Below are positions 18,284-26,297 of a stretch of DNA of 64,000 bases, in pieces (positions within the stretch are counted from its first letter, which is position 1; each line of letters begins with the position of its first letter). Made by a program: the position numbers and the translations under genes. Source of the stretch: a virus (Duplodnaviria > Heunggongvirae > Uroviricota > Caudoviricetes); IMG/VR virus record IMGVR_UViG_3300028908_000001, positions 1 to 64,000 of that record, one strand, 5' to 3'. Under the pieces are notes generated by a model, which saw nothing but the letters and a program-made list of their open reading frames with translations, searched no databases and was not told the DNA's origin.

Positions 18284-18688
18284 TCACCTCCGAGCCGCAA
18301 TAGCGGCGGCTATTCTCATGCCGACAAGCCAAGCGAGGACCAACAGGCGCTGGTGTGCCTCATAGCGCGCGGCTATCACCCGCACTTGTTCAATCATTAA
18401 CGGATCATCCAAAGGCTTGCCGCCCGCGTCAATCCGGCGCTTCCAGCGCCTTAGATGGTGGGCCGCCTGCCATGCGGTCATCGCGTCGAAGCGCGACAAC
18501 CCGAAGCGCTCGTGGGCTTCATTCGCCCAAGCCTCGTAAGACTTCTTGGCGTCGGCCGCAAGGCTCGCGGCAGTCAATATCTCTTGCCCGCGGGCTGACA
18601 GCCAAGCATCAATCCTGCGAAGTTCGCTCCCTGTCGGCGGCTTGTAGGGCCTCACCATCATCCCCTCCTCCCAAAGCGCGGCAAGCAA
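18284..18688 (-). CDS. hypothetical protein
   Basis: 134-aa ORF. Confidence 0.5.
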   Translation of the reverse strand: MLAALWEEGMMVRPYKPPTGSELRRIDAWLSARGQEILTAASLAADAKKSYEAWANEAHERFGLSRFDAMTAWQAAHHLRRWKRRIDAGGKPLDDPLMIEQVRVIAARYEAHQRLLVLAWLVGMRIAAAIAARR

Positions 18689-18753
18689 TCGCCGCCGCGG
18701 CGGCCTACTTGGTCGGTAATAACAACTTTTGCGCTTGTCATGCTAATCACCTC

Positions 18754-19047
18754 CTACCCTATCTGTGCTGAGGGAAGCAGCGGCTCAATAGTCGCCAACT
18801 CTTCTTCAGTCTCGCAGTCCGCGGCCGCTGGCAGCGCATCGGCGGCCTTCAGCTTCCCCAACAGCAGGACCGCTGTGCCTACTCCGCACGCCGCCGCGAA
18901 ATCGCGATACTTGTAATCGTATCCTTGCTCCCTTACTTTGACGCCCGCCTCTTGGCATATTGCCTCAGCGCGGGCCACTTTCGCAGCCGCCTCGGTAAGC
19001 ACCGCCGGCGGCTCAGTTGTGTCAATAACCCACCAAAGCGTTACCAT
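18754..19047 (-). CDS. hypothetical protein
   Basis: 97-aa ORF. Confidence 0.45.
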   Translation of the reverse strand: MVTLWWVIDTTEPPAVLTEAAAKVARAEAICQEAGVKVREQGYDYKYRDFAAACGVGTAVLLLGKLKAADALPAAADCETEEELATIEPLLPSAQIG

Positions 19048-19309
19048 TGTTGTCCGCCTCCTTTAGGGCAGCTTCGTACCCCTCAAGCCACGCCGCGGCC
19101 TGGCGCGGCTTCAAGCGCCTAGATATTATGCGCAGCCCGCCGCGGGCTGTAGGGTCGGGCCTGCAAATCCAGTAGCGGACCTGCCCATTCGCGCAATCGG
19201 GCAACAGCCGCAAACCCAAGTGCCTTGCTTTTTCCTCTATTGCTTTCATCGCGTGCTCACCCCGTAGGCCGAGGTGCGGGCTTCCCGTTCGCGGCGGTCC
19301 CGGTCCCAT
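19022..19309 (-). CDS. hypothetical protein
   Basis: 95-aa ORF. Confidence 0.45.
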   Translation of the reverse strand: MGPGPPRTGSPHLGLRGEHAMKAIEEKARHLGLRLLPDCANGQVRYWICRPDPTARGGLRIISRRLKPRQAAAWLEGYEAALKEADNNGNALVGY

Positions 19310-19438
19310 TGCGATTCTTCCTATCGGCCTCGGCGGGCCAGATATTCGTCGGCGATAACGCCGATGATCAATTCCGCGCCGCAGATGAAAGCGTAGACAC
19401 CCGCGGCGGCCAACACGACCTTCATTAGTATCATCACA

Positions 19439-19630
19439 TCACCCCCAGCGGCTTATCCACTCAAGCAGGGCCGCAAACGCGGTCATTATCCCGATGAACG
19501 CCATAACGTCAGACACAGCGATAGCCTCCTCGGTCGGAGTCACTGCCTTCGTGCTATTCTCTCGGCTTGCCGCAGGGCCTGCCCGCTGCCAGCGCAGCGT
19601 TTTGACGTGAAGTCGTTCGGCTGTCCCCAA
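19439..19630 (-). CDS. small hydrophobic protein (doubtful)
   Basis: 63-aa ORF with a hydrophobic C-terminus (MAFIGIMTAFAALLEW). Confidence 0.25.
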   Translation of the reverse strand: MGTAERLHVKTLRWQRAGPAASRENSTKAVTPTEEAIAVSDVMAFIGIMTAFAALLEWISRWG

Positions 19631-19717
19631 ACAACTACGTAACCTTGGGGCTGCCGGTGTATCGACACAACGGGATACACCGGTTCGCCCAGACTGACCA
19701 CGTTACCGCGTTGCAAG

Positions 19718-19771
19718 GCCCGCCGTCGGCAGCGGCGTGGCGGGCGACCGGCCCACGCGGGCCGGTTTCGC
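19718..19771. repeat. structured intergenic repeat, family A copy 1
   Basis: About 52 bp, near-identical to 21318-21370; contains the hairpin ccggccc-acgc-gggccgg followed by tttcgc. Confidence 0.8.
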
Positions 19772-19803
19772 ACGTTATTCGTTGTTCATAGCATGACCTT
19801 TTG

Positions 19804-20550
19804 CTACCGAGGCTTAGGCCAATCCGACCGCCATAGCTGGCGGTCATCCTCCTTTGATGGGATGACCGTTACAGCGATGAGAAACATCCCGTCGCCCGTG
19901 ACGGCCACCCCCCAGAAGGGGGCTTGGCCCCGGTACCGGCTGATGGCAGCTCGCAGGCCGCGCCGCGAGCTGCCAGAGACATCTATGTGGCGGTTCCGTA
20001 GTCGCCACGCTCTTAATGGCAACTCAGCTAGGTGCTCCGGCAATACTACATCCGCTAGGAAATTCATCCTCCCGAGTGGTGTATGGGCATTGCTGCGAAA
20101 CTCGTGCCAAATTGGTTCCGCTAACACAGCGGCAGCAGTTAGTATGGGCGTCTGCCGCCAGTCGGCAGGATACGCGTCCCGCCAACGTGGCTCGAACCCG
20201 GATGGTTGTGGCGGATAGTTGCTGGCATAGAACAGCCCGCTCTCTGGCTCCCGCTGGATGGCGAGGAGCCTATCCGCGACTGCCGCTGCGAGTGTGGGAT
20301 GATCTACTAACAGCGGGCCGACTACGTCCCAAATCTCGAACAGCTCCAGGGCACGATTATAATCCCATGCCCATCCGTGCTCTGCCTTATGCAAGCCCAG
20401 AAACTCCCGGAGTCGGTCTGGGAGCTGCTTGAGGTCTGCCCCACAGTCGGGGCAGAGTCCTCGCTTGATTAGCTCCCATGCCTCATCCTGTTCGTACCCG
20501 CCGCGGCGTATTTCGCCGCAGCAGGGGAATGCAGCTAGTCGTGTCGCCAT
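19804..20550 (-). CDS. hypothetical protein
   Basis: Start moved to the internal ATG at 20550 (MATRLAAFPCCGEI), directly downstream of structured repeat B. The ORF-track extension to 20685 would read through the repeat. Confidence 0.5.
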   Translation of the reverse strand: MATRLAAFPCCGEIRRGGYEQDEAWELIKRGLCPDCGADLKQLPDRLREFLGLHKAEHGWAWDYNRALELFEIWDVVGPLLVDHPTLAAAVADRLLAIQREPESGLFYASNYPPQPSGFEPRWRDAYPADWRQTPILTAAAVLAEPIWHEFRSNAHTPLGRMNFLADVVLPEHLAELPLRAWRLRNRHIDVSGSSRRGLRAAISRYRGQAPFWGVAVTGDGMFLIAVTVIPSKEDDRQLWRSDWPKPR

Positions 20551-20559
20551 CTCAATCTT

Positions 20560-20612
20560 GGCCCCCCGCTCTTTCGAGCGCCGCCCGCTACTGGGGCCTG
20601 CGGGCGGTAGAA
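20560..20612 (-). repeat. structured leader repeat, family B copy 1
   Basis: Two hairpins, ccgcccgc-N11-gcgggcgg and cgctc-GAAA-gagcg (as RNA on the minus strand), immediately 5' of the ATG at 20550. Confidence 0.75.
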
Positions 20613-20721
20613 TTGGCACCGCCATTCTGATTATGCTTGTGCCACTGCTGCGTGTTTCCCGACGCGACTGTCGTCGGGGTGCCATGAGTTCTTCGGTGCT
20701 GTGTTCTCGATCTTCATGATC

Positions 20722-21219
20722 CTAGCCCCTTATTTCGGCCATGATGTCTTCAACCGTCTCCTCTAGCACTTTACGTATCCATCCTGTCCAATCATAAGAC
20801 CCGCACTGGTAGATCTTCAAGCGCCGCTTTTCAGTTAGGCTGCGGCCGCGCAGTTTTCCATCTACCTCCCAAAGGACGATATACTCGACGTCGCTACCGG
20901 ACAGCGTTGCTGGTTGCACTTGCGTACCAATCGTGGGGGCATCCTGTATGATTCTGCCATTTGTGATGCGACGCAGCCGCAGCCGCCATACATCGTCGTT
21001 TTCCACCACCCAGGCGAGTGATATGCCGCTCCAGTCCTTGTCGAACCACCCCCTCACGGTCTTGGTGTAGGTAGGCACGGTGTCCAGCAGCTCATCTGTG
21101 ACGTGGCCGAATATCACCTCGTCTTGTGCCACGGGACACAGCCCCACGCCGAGCCGGTCAATCCACGGATACTGCCTTCGCAGAAGCGCCAAACGTGCTG
21201 CTGTAATGATCATTCTCAT
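20722..21219 (-). CDS. hypothetical protein
   Basis: 165-aa ORF; its ATG is preceded by an AAGGGG SD and repeat B copy 2. Confidence 0.55.
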   Translation of the reverse strand: MRMIITAARLALLRRQYPWIDRLGVGLCPVAQDEVIFGHVTDELLDTVPTYTKTVRGWFDKDWSGISLAWVVENDDVWRLRLRRITNGRIIQDAPTIGTQVQPATLSGSDVEYIVLWEVDGKLRGRSLTEKRRLKIYQCGSYDWTGWIRKVLEETVEDIMAEIRG

Positions 21220-21222
21220 CCT

Positions 21223-21277
21223 GGCCCCTTCGCTCTTTCGAGCGCCGCCCGCTTCAGGGGCCTGCGGGCGGTTGGAT
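21223..21277 (-). repeat. structured leader repeat, family B copy 2
   Basis: Same two hairpins immediately 5' of the ATG at 21219. Confidence 0.75.
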
Positions 21278-21317
21278 TACCCGGCAACTGCCGGAGCCGC
21301 TGCCTTCGCTCGTCAGG

Positions 21318-21370
21318 TCCGCCGTCGGCAGCGGCGTGGCGGGCGACCGGCCCACGCGGGCCGGTTTCGC
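21318..21370. repeat. structured intergenic repeat, family A copy 2
   Basis: Identical core gccgtcggcagcggcgtggcgggcgaccggcccacgcgggccggtttcgc. Confidence 0.8.
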
Positions 21371-21383
21371 GCGTCAATCCCGC

Positions 21384-21935
21384 TCAGCTTTCAGCCTCCG
21401 CGGAGAAAAGCCCGAGCCACACACGCTCCCTCACGCGAATCTCATGCGGCTCTAGCTCGAAGACAGTGTACCAAGACGCGCGACATCGCTGTATCAGGAT
21501 GTATTCTGGTCTAACGCCAGCGGCACGCAGCCGCCGGAGAAAGTCGCCTATGTCTTCGCCCCACCAGCGCCAGTTATCAAGGACAGCTTCGTGGCCCCAT
21601 AGTCGGTGGCGGTCAACGATTTCGCCACCAGCTACTGCGTATACGTACAGGTGGCCGAAGCCACCCCTGTGAATCCCTTGGGCACTGAACCACGAACACG
21701 CGCCGCACTGGACATGGCGGATTTTCTGGATGTCGGCCTCTGCCCCCCTGTAAAAGAAAATCTGCCTGTTGATCTCCTCTGGTAAATCCTCTGGTGGCTC
21801 CCGCCGTTCGTGGAACGGCGGGAGGAATTTCTCCAAGAACGGGAAGGAACTGATTATTCTCCTGCGGTCTTTCTCCCCCAATTCACTAAATGGGAAGGCT
21901 TCCTCGAATGTTGGGAACTCTTCCTCGAATGTCAT
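21384..21935 (-). CDS. hypothetical protein
   Basis: Start at MTFEEEF, preceded by an AGGAGGG SD. Confidence 0.5.
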   Translation of the reverse strand: MTFEEEFPTFEEAFPFSELGEKDRRRIISSFPFLEKFLPPFHERREPPEDLPEEINRQIFFYRGAEADIQKIRHVQCGACSWFSAQGIHRGGFGHLYVYAVAGGEIVDRHRLWGHEAVLDNWRWWGEDIGDFLRRLRAAGVRPEYILIQRCRASWYTVFELEPHEIRVRERVWLGLFSAEAES

Positions 21936-22174
21936 GCTGATCCCTCCTATCTGTGTGGTCAGCGTCATTATACCCACCCCACCACCGCGATAAACCTCCC
22001 GCCGGAGATTTTTCTCCGACTACCTCAATGCCAGCGCCAGCAGCCAAACGCCAGCGCCAGCAAACGCCAAGGACCCCGCCCACCAGTACAAGCGGGCGAA
22101 GCCCCGGCGTTCTGCCCCCAGCCGCCAGCATATCGCGGCGGCGAACGGCGCGACTATCAATCCTGGGAGTGCGT

Positions 22175-22429
22175 TCATCGCAGCCACTCCTCGGCGGCAG
22201 CCAGCGCCTGCGAGCGCGGCTGCTCAAAATCCCGCCCGCCGTGCATGTCCCCGTGGTATACGCGGGCATAGCCTGGCCGCGACGGTTCAATAATGGCCCG
22301 TAGGGTTGCAGCATAGGCCGTCAATGGCCTCGCCCGCCGCAGTTCAACCGGCCGCCCGGCGGCCACCAATTCCTGCGCTTCTTCCCTATCAATCGGCCTG
22401 CGCGTGTAACGCTCATAATAGGCTATCAT
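22175..22429 (-). CDS. hypothetical protein
   Basis: Internal ATG with a GGAGGTG SD at 8-nt spacing. Confidence 0.45.
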   Translation of the reverse strand: MIAYYERYTRRPIDREEAQELVAAGRPVELRRARPLTAYAATLRAIIEPSRPGYARVYHGDMHGGRDFEQPRSQALAAAEEWLR

Positions 22430-22523
22430 CGTCATCACCTCCGTTTTTCTTGCACCGCTATCGCGGCGGCGGGAACCTACCCCACAGACAGGCTCCCGCC
22501 GCCCCAATAGGGGCGGTCAACGG

Positions 22524-22670
22524 CTAGACCCGCCAGCGGTTCAGCCAAGCCTCCACGTGGCTCGCGGCGTCGGCGGCGTGCCCCCAATGCCGCAGCAGCC
22601 GCCGCTCGCCGCCCCACTCAATCACAACGCCGTCGGCGGCCCGCTGAACCTGCTCAAGCGTCAATGCCAT
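22524..22670 (-). CDS. hypothetical small protein
   Basis: Trimmed to MALTLEQ; the N-terminal extension is an R/S-rich low-complexity stretch. Confidence 0.3.
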   Translation of the reverse strand: MALTLEQVQRAADGVVIEWGGERRLLRHWGHAADAASHVEAWLNRWRV

Positions 22671-22686
22671 TGCTGATCCCCTCCCG

Positions 22687-22935
22687 TTACTCAATCGCCT
22701 CGTGCCAGTGGCGTTCAATCCACCGGCGCAAGCTCTCCGCGGCCTCCCGCTCCGGTTCGCATTCAATGTCATTGAACCGCGGCCAATCGGTGACGACGAC
22801 CTCGACCTGGAGGCCGCGCCGCGCGGCCTCCCGTTCAATCATCGTCGCTAACCGTTCGGTCCACGCCGCGGCCTCCTCATGTGTCGCGTCTGGACCCCAA
22901 TATTCCGGCAGGCTGCATAGATAAACCTTGATCAT
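22687..22935 (-). CDS. hypothetical protein
   Basis: 82-aa ORF with an AGGAGGGGTA SD upstream. Confidence 0.5.
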   Translation of the reverse strand: MIKVYLCSLPEYWGPDATHEEAAAWTERLATMIEREAARRGLQVEVVVTDWPRFNDIECEPEREAAESLRRWIERHWHEAIE

Positions 22936-23100
22936 TGAGTACCCCTCCTATTTTGTATTGTGCCTAACGGCGCGGCGGGAACCCGTTCGCGATTGAGCGA
23001 GTTCCCGCCGGGCCATTAGGCCCGGCCTGCGGCGACTAAATCCGCGCTGCGACCTCCCGCGCGAGCGCCATTAGCGCCCGCTCGGCGGCGCGGCGGCTAT

Positions 23101-23388
23101 CTATCGGCAGCATGCCAGCAGCTCCACGGCGGCGGCCAGCGCCCGTGAGGCTATCTCCTCCGGCGTGCAATCGCCGTCGGGTGCCCAATGCCACCCGTCC
23201 ACGTCGCGCGACACTCGGTCCAGCGTCGCGTAGACGGCGACGCGCTGCAGCCCGCTGCCCCAGTCGCTACCGTTGCCGTCGGCGACTGCGACCACCTCCA
23301 CCGGCGCGCCGTCGATTAGGTGGTCCGCTATCTCTGCCGGCCGTATCTGCCGGCCGGCAGTCGTTATTGTGATACTGACCACTATCAT
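23101..23388 (-). CDS. hypothetical protein, first gene of the leftward arm
   Basis: Start at MIVVSIT with GGAGG upstream; the longer ORF-track form has a low-complexity R/G-rich N-terminus. Confidence 0.4.
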   Translation of the reverse strand: MIVVSITITTAGRQIRPAEIADHLIDGAPVEVVAVADGNGSDWGSGLQRVAVYATLDRVSRDVDGWHWAPDGDCTPEEIASRALAAAVELLACCR

Positions 23389-23417
23389 CACCTCCGTTGT
23401 GATTGACGCCGTACGGC

Positions 23418-23461
23418 GCCGCGCTAGGATACCCGAGGCAGATATCCTAGCGCCGCGCTGT
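23418..23461. promoter_or_regulatory. long imperfect palindrome (16-bp arms, 15/16 match; gcgccgcgctaggata-N10-tatcctagcgccgcgc)
   Basis: Just upstream of the first leftward gene (start 23388); operator candidate. Confidence 0.45.
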
Positions 23462-23997
23462 CCACGTCCACCACATTGCCCCCAGCGGCGCGTATGCGAT
23501 ATCCGCTGCCCATACAGGCGATATACGCGCGCGTGCCGCCGATAGATACCTCCACTCCTCCCGTCCGTCGCAAACAATCCTCCATTGCCGTTCACCTCCG
23601 TAGTCTATTCTACCACATTTATCGGCACCGAGCAATGCCGAGATAATTCCTGCGCTACCTAATTATCGCCCCGCGCGGCTACCGTTTACATTTATTTACA
23701 TCCTCCACTGACCATTATCCTACTATCCTCTATAGTATCGCGCCATTCTGCCCAATTCCCCCGCCGCGGCTGTTGCCCAAACCGTATCCTAATCGTGCCT
23801 AATCTGTGTCCACTATAATCCCCCAATCGCACCATATCACCCCCAACCCCTAACTCGCACCCTAACCCCAACTCATGCCCCACAGCGCGTTACGCGCCGC
23901 CCTAGCGCCAGCAACGACCATTCTCCCAGTAGCCTCTCCCTATGTGCTTCCTAATACCACCACCGCCAGCGACACAACGCTATTCGCCCCAGTAGCA

Positions 23998-24122
23998 CGA
24001 TGTTATCCCCGCCAGTGACACGATGTTACTTCATCGTGTTATCGGCAAAATTGGTAAAAATGCCGGTGTTTGCCCCACTGCCGATTAGGTTACCATTATC
24101 GGCATTGCTAGCCATATCGGCA
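23998..24122. promoter_or_regulatory. cluster of short repeats: (T)TATCGGCA direct x3 plus one inverted (tgccgatta), CACGATG inverted repeat, ACGATGTTA x2
   Basis: ttatcggca at 24039, 24097 and 24114; the inverted copy at 24079; cacgatg-ttactt-catcgtg at 24019-24038. A further ttatcggca copy lies at 23618. Confidence 0.5.
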
Positions 24123-24783
24123 TGCCGAGCGTGTACCGACAGGCCCGATCCCCTATGCGTACCCTACGGCAGACCGGCCCTGGCATAAATTAGTACCTAC
24201 AACACACACGTGCGCGCGTCTGCGAGGCGCGTGCTCTGTGGGGTTAGGTTTGTGCGCGTTTGCGGGTTTGGGGTGGGGTATGGTTGCGCGTGGGCTGTGG
24301 TTGGCGGCGGGCGGCGCGGCGGCTGCGCCGAGGCGCGTGGTTGGCGGGTGGTGTGGCGTGCGGTTAGAGGGGTATGTAGTATATATAGATATGGGATATG
24401 TAGTGGGTTGGGGATTTGTTCGCAGGTATGGTAGCCGCGCCGGGGTGAAATGTGGACGGGAATGAGAGATAGGGTGGGGTTAGACTGGGTGATGTTCAAT
24501 AGTATGGCAGATGTATGGATGATTGGTGGCCACCGCGGGTGGTGTTGTAGAGGGGGTTATGTGTTCATTTGCGTTAGTTTGCGTGTGTTTGTGTTATGTT
24601 GAGTGATGGTGCGTATGGATGTGTTGTATAGTGTGGTAGATGTGTTAATTTGTGATATGTTGTGGTGGGATATGTGAAGGTACGTGTGTATATGTATATA
24701 GGGGATGGTATGGGTTAGTAGCCGCCGCGGTGGTGGGTTGGTTATGGTATTTGGTGGGCGTGGGCTGATAGTAGGGATGGGGT

Positions 24784-24812
24784 TTAGGCGGCCGCCGGAT
24801 GGGGAATAATTA
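24784..24812 (+). promoter_or_regulatory. promoter, family copy 3 (GGGGAATAATTA; weak -35 TTAGGC)
   Basis: About 22 nt upstream of the ATG at 24835. Confidence 0.4.
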
Positions 24813-24834
24813 TGCAAAGTGTTATAGGAGGCAT

Positions 24835-25257
24835 ATGATGATGCGTGTGGGGTACAAGGTTGTACGGCGGGTAGATGGGCGGTATTTGTCGTTGAGTGTG
24901 GTGGGGGCTTGGGAAGTTGAGTACCGAGTGGGTGAGTGGGTATATGGGGTAGAGGTTGGTGGCCGCCGGACGGCGTTATTTGTGTGGGAAGATTGGGGCC
25001 GGGCGCTTGCGGATGTGCGATATGGCACGTGCTTATGGCGTTGTGAATATGAGCCGTGGGATATTAGGGTGCCGCTGGCTGGGGACAGGTTATGGTTACC
25101 GCCTACTCGCTGCCGCGAGATGGAAGAGTATTGGAAATATGTGTTAGCTGGTGATGTGGGGCAGGCATTGCTGCGGGCACCTGGGTTTGGGCCGCGGGGC
25201 GTGGTGATGGCCGCGCGGGTGCGGTTAGTGGAGCTAGTATGGATGCCGGAATGGTAA
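24835..25257 (+). CDS. hypothetical protein (Gly/Val/Trp/Arg-rich), first gene of the rightward arm
   Basis: ATGATGATG at 24835 follows a perfect AGGAGG and lies downstream of promoter copy 3. Composition reflects the GT-rich strand, but the sequence is not low-complexity. Confidence 0.45.
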   Translation: MMMRVGYKVVRRVDGRYLSLSVVGAWEVEYRVGEWVYGVEVGGRRTALFVWEDWGRALADVRYGTCLWRCEYEPWDIRVPLAGDRLWLPPTRCREMEEYWKYVLAGDVGQALLRAPGFGPRGVVMAARVRLVELVWMPEW

Positions 25258-25592
25258 AAAGGTGGGTGGTAGAGATGAGAGTAGAGGATATAGCGTGTGA
25301 GGTTAGTGGCCGCGGGCGGATGGTGGGTAGTGGGGCTGTAGTATTGGCGGATGGGAGTATAGTGAAGGCTTGGCGGTTGTGGGTTGGGGATCGTGGGGTT
25401 GTGTACTTGGGTAGTGAGGTTGATGGTTTTTGGCAGCAGGTGGGTGGTATGGTATTTGAGGAGGAGATAGCCGCCGGTGTGGTGTATATGCATCCGTGGG
25501 GTAGCATTGTTGGCGTGACGATAGCCACGGAAGGAACGGATGTTCGAGACGAGCAAGAGAAGGAGCGTGACAGCGATGGTGACGAAGGATAA
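25239..25592 (+). CDS. hypothetical protein
   Basis: 117-aa ORF; alternative internal starts at 25251 or 25275. Confidence 0.45.
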   Translation: MDAGMVKRWVVEMRVEDIACEVSGRGRMVGSGAVVLADGSIVKAWRLWVGDRGVVYLGSEVDGFWQQVGGMVFEEEIAAGVVYMHPWGSIVGVTIATEGTDVRDEQEKERDSDGDEG

Positions 25593-25893
25593 GTATCTAA
25601 CAAACCCGATGACTTTGGGTGAGCTGGCGAGAGAGTGCTATGAGAAGGTGGCCGAATGTCGTTGGGAAGCCTATGAGATTGCGCGGCTATTGGGATGGGA
25701 TGTTGCGGAGGTACGGATGGCCACGCCTGCGGATGGCGTTGAGCACGAGCTGGCGGCGGTCTATCACGAACTTCTGCATCTTCATGGCTTTCTAATGCAT
25801 TTGCGGGATGAACTGGGTCGCCAGTCAGTGTGTGATGAATGTGCCGCTGAGGGAACGGGTGTCCGACTGGGGGCGAACAACTCTGAGGAGTGA
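25576..25893 (+). CDS. hypothetical protein (HELLH and CDEC motifs)
   Basis: ORF open from 25540; the internal ATG at 25576 avoids overlap. Confidence 0.5.
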   Translation: MVTKDKYLTNPMTLGELARECYEKVAECRWEAYEIARLLGWDVAEVRMATPADGVEHELAAVYHELLHLHGFLMHLRDELGRQSVCDECAAEGTGVRLGANNSEE

Positions 25894-25896
25894 CGC

Positions 25897-26097
25897 ATGA
25901 TGTCGCTGTCTTGGGATGTGTTTGTGGGGTTATATGTGACCGTGGGGATACGGATATTATTTGCCGCGGCGGATCGGTGTATTGTTGAACGCGGCCTGTG
26001 GGATGGGTGGGGTTTGTTGTTTGACTTGTTGGGGGCCGCCGCGTTGTGGTGGCTCTGGCTACGGGCTGCTTGGTGTGAGCCGCGCGATGCGGAGTGA
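25897..26097 (+). CDS. small Cys/Trp-containing hydrophobic peptide A, paralog of B
   Basis: 66 aa with a GAGGAG SD. Shares the conserved motif RCIVERGLWDGWGLLFDLLG with peptide B; two hydrophobic segments. Confidence 0.5.
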   Translation: MMSLSWDVFVGLYVTVGIRILFAAADRCIVERGLWDGWGLLFDLLGAAALWWLWLRAAWCEPRDAE

Positions 26098-26107
26098 GGT
26101 ATGTGAG

Positions 26108-26293
26108 ATGACGCTTTTGGCCCTCGCAGTAGGATGTGTGGTATACGGCCTGATGCGGCTGATGTTTTACTGTGCGGGTGTATGTATTAGCCGCTGGGGG
26201 TTGTGTGATTGGCGCGGGCTATTGTTTGACTGCTTGGGCTTCGGGATATTCTGGCTGGTGTGGTTTGTTGTTTGGTGGCCGCGCCGTGGCTAA
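26108..26293 (+). CDS. small Cys/Trp-containing hydrophobic peptide B, paralog of A
   Basis: 61 aa with a GGAGTGAGG SD; motif VCISRWGLCDWRGLLFDCLG. The two units are about 70% identical at DNA level, consistent with a tandem duplication. Confidence 0.5.
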   Translation: MTLLALAVGCVVYGLMRLMFYCAGVCISRWGLCDWRGLLFDCLGFGIFWLVWFVVWWPRRG

Positions 26294-26297
26294 CGTC

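Larger units (their letters stand above)
23596..24834. other. about 1.2-kb non-coding hub with a mirrored strand-composition switch; putative divergent control region or origin
   Basis: The plus strand is G-depleted to the left of about 24200 and C-depleted to the right; no credible ORF; contains CCCTAA x2 and G-run tracts. Confidence 0.6.

Noticed and set aside
24197-25556. Minus-strand ORFs 24197..24499 and 24822..25556 (Pro/Thr/His-rich)
   Set aside because: They are low-complexity translations of the strand opposite the C-depleted region, which are compositional artefacts, and they conflict with the promoter and SD-supported plus-strand genes.
26172-26293. A third GLLF-type peptide copy in the N-terminal extension frame of the radical SAM ORF (GWCGLLFGG)
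   Set aside because: It overlaps peptide B in another frame and arises from the local ggtttgttgtttgg low-complexity DNA, so it probably does not encode a third peptide. Noted only because it makes the true start of the radical SAM gene uncertain.
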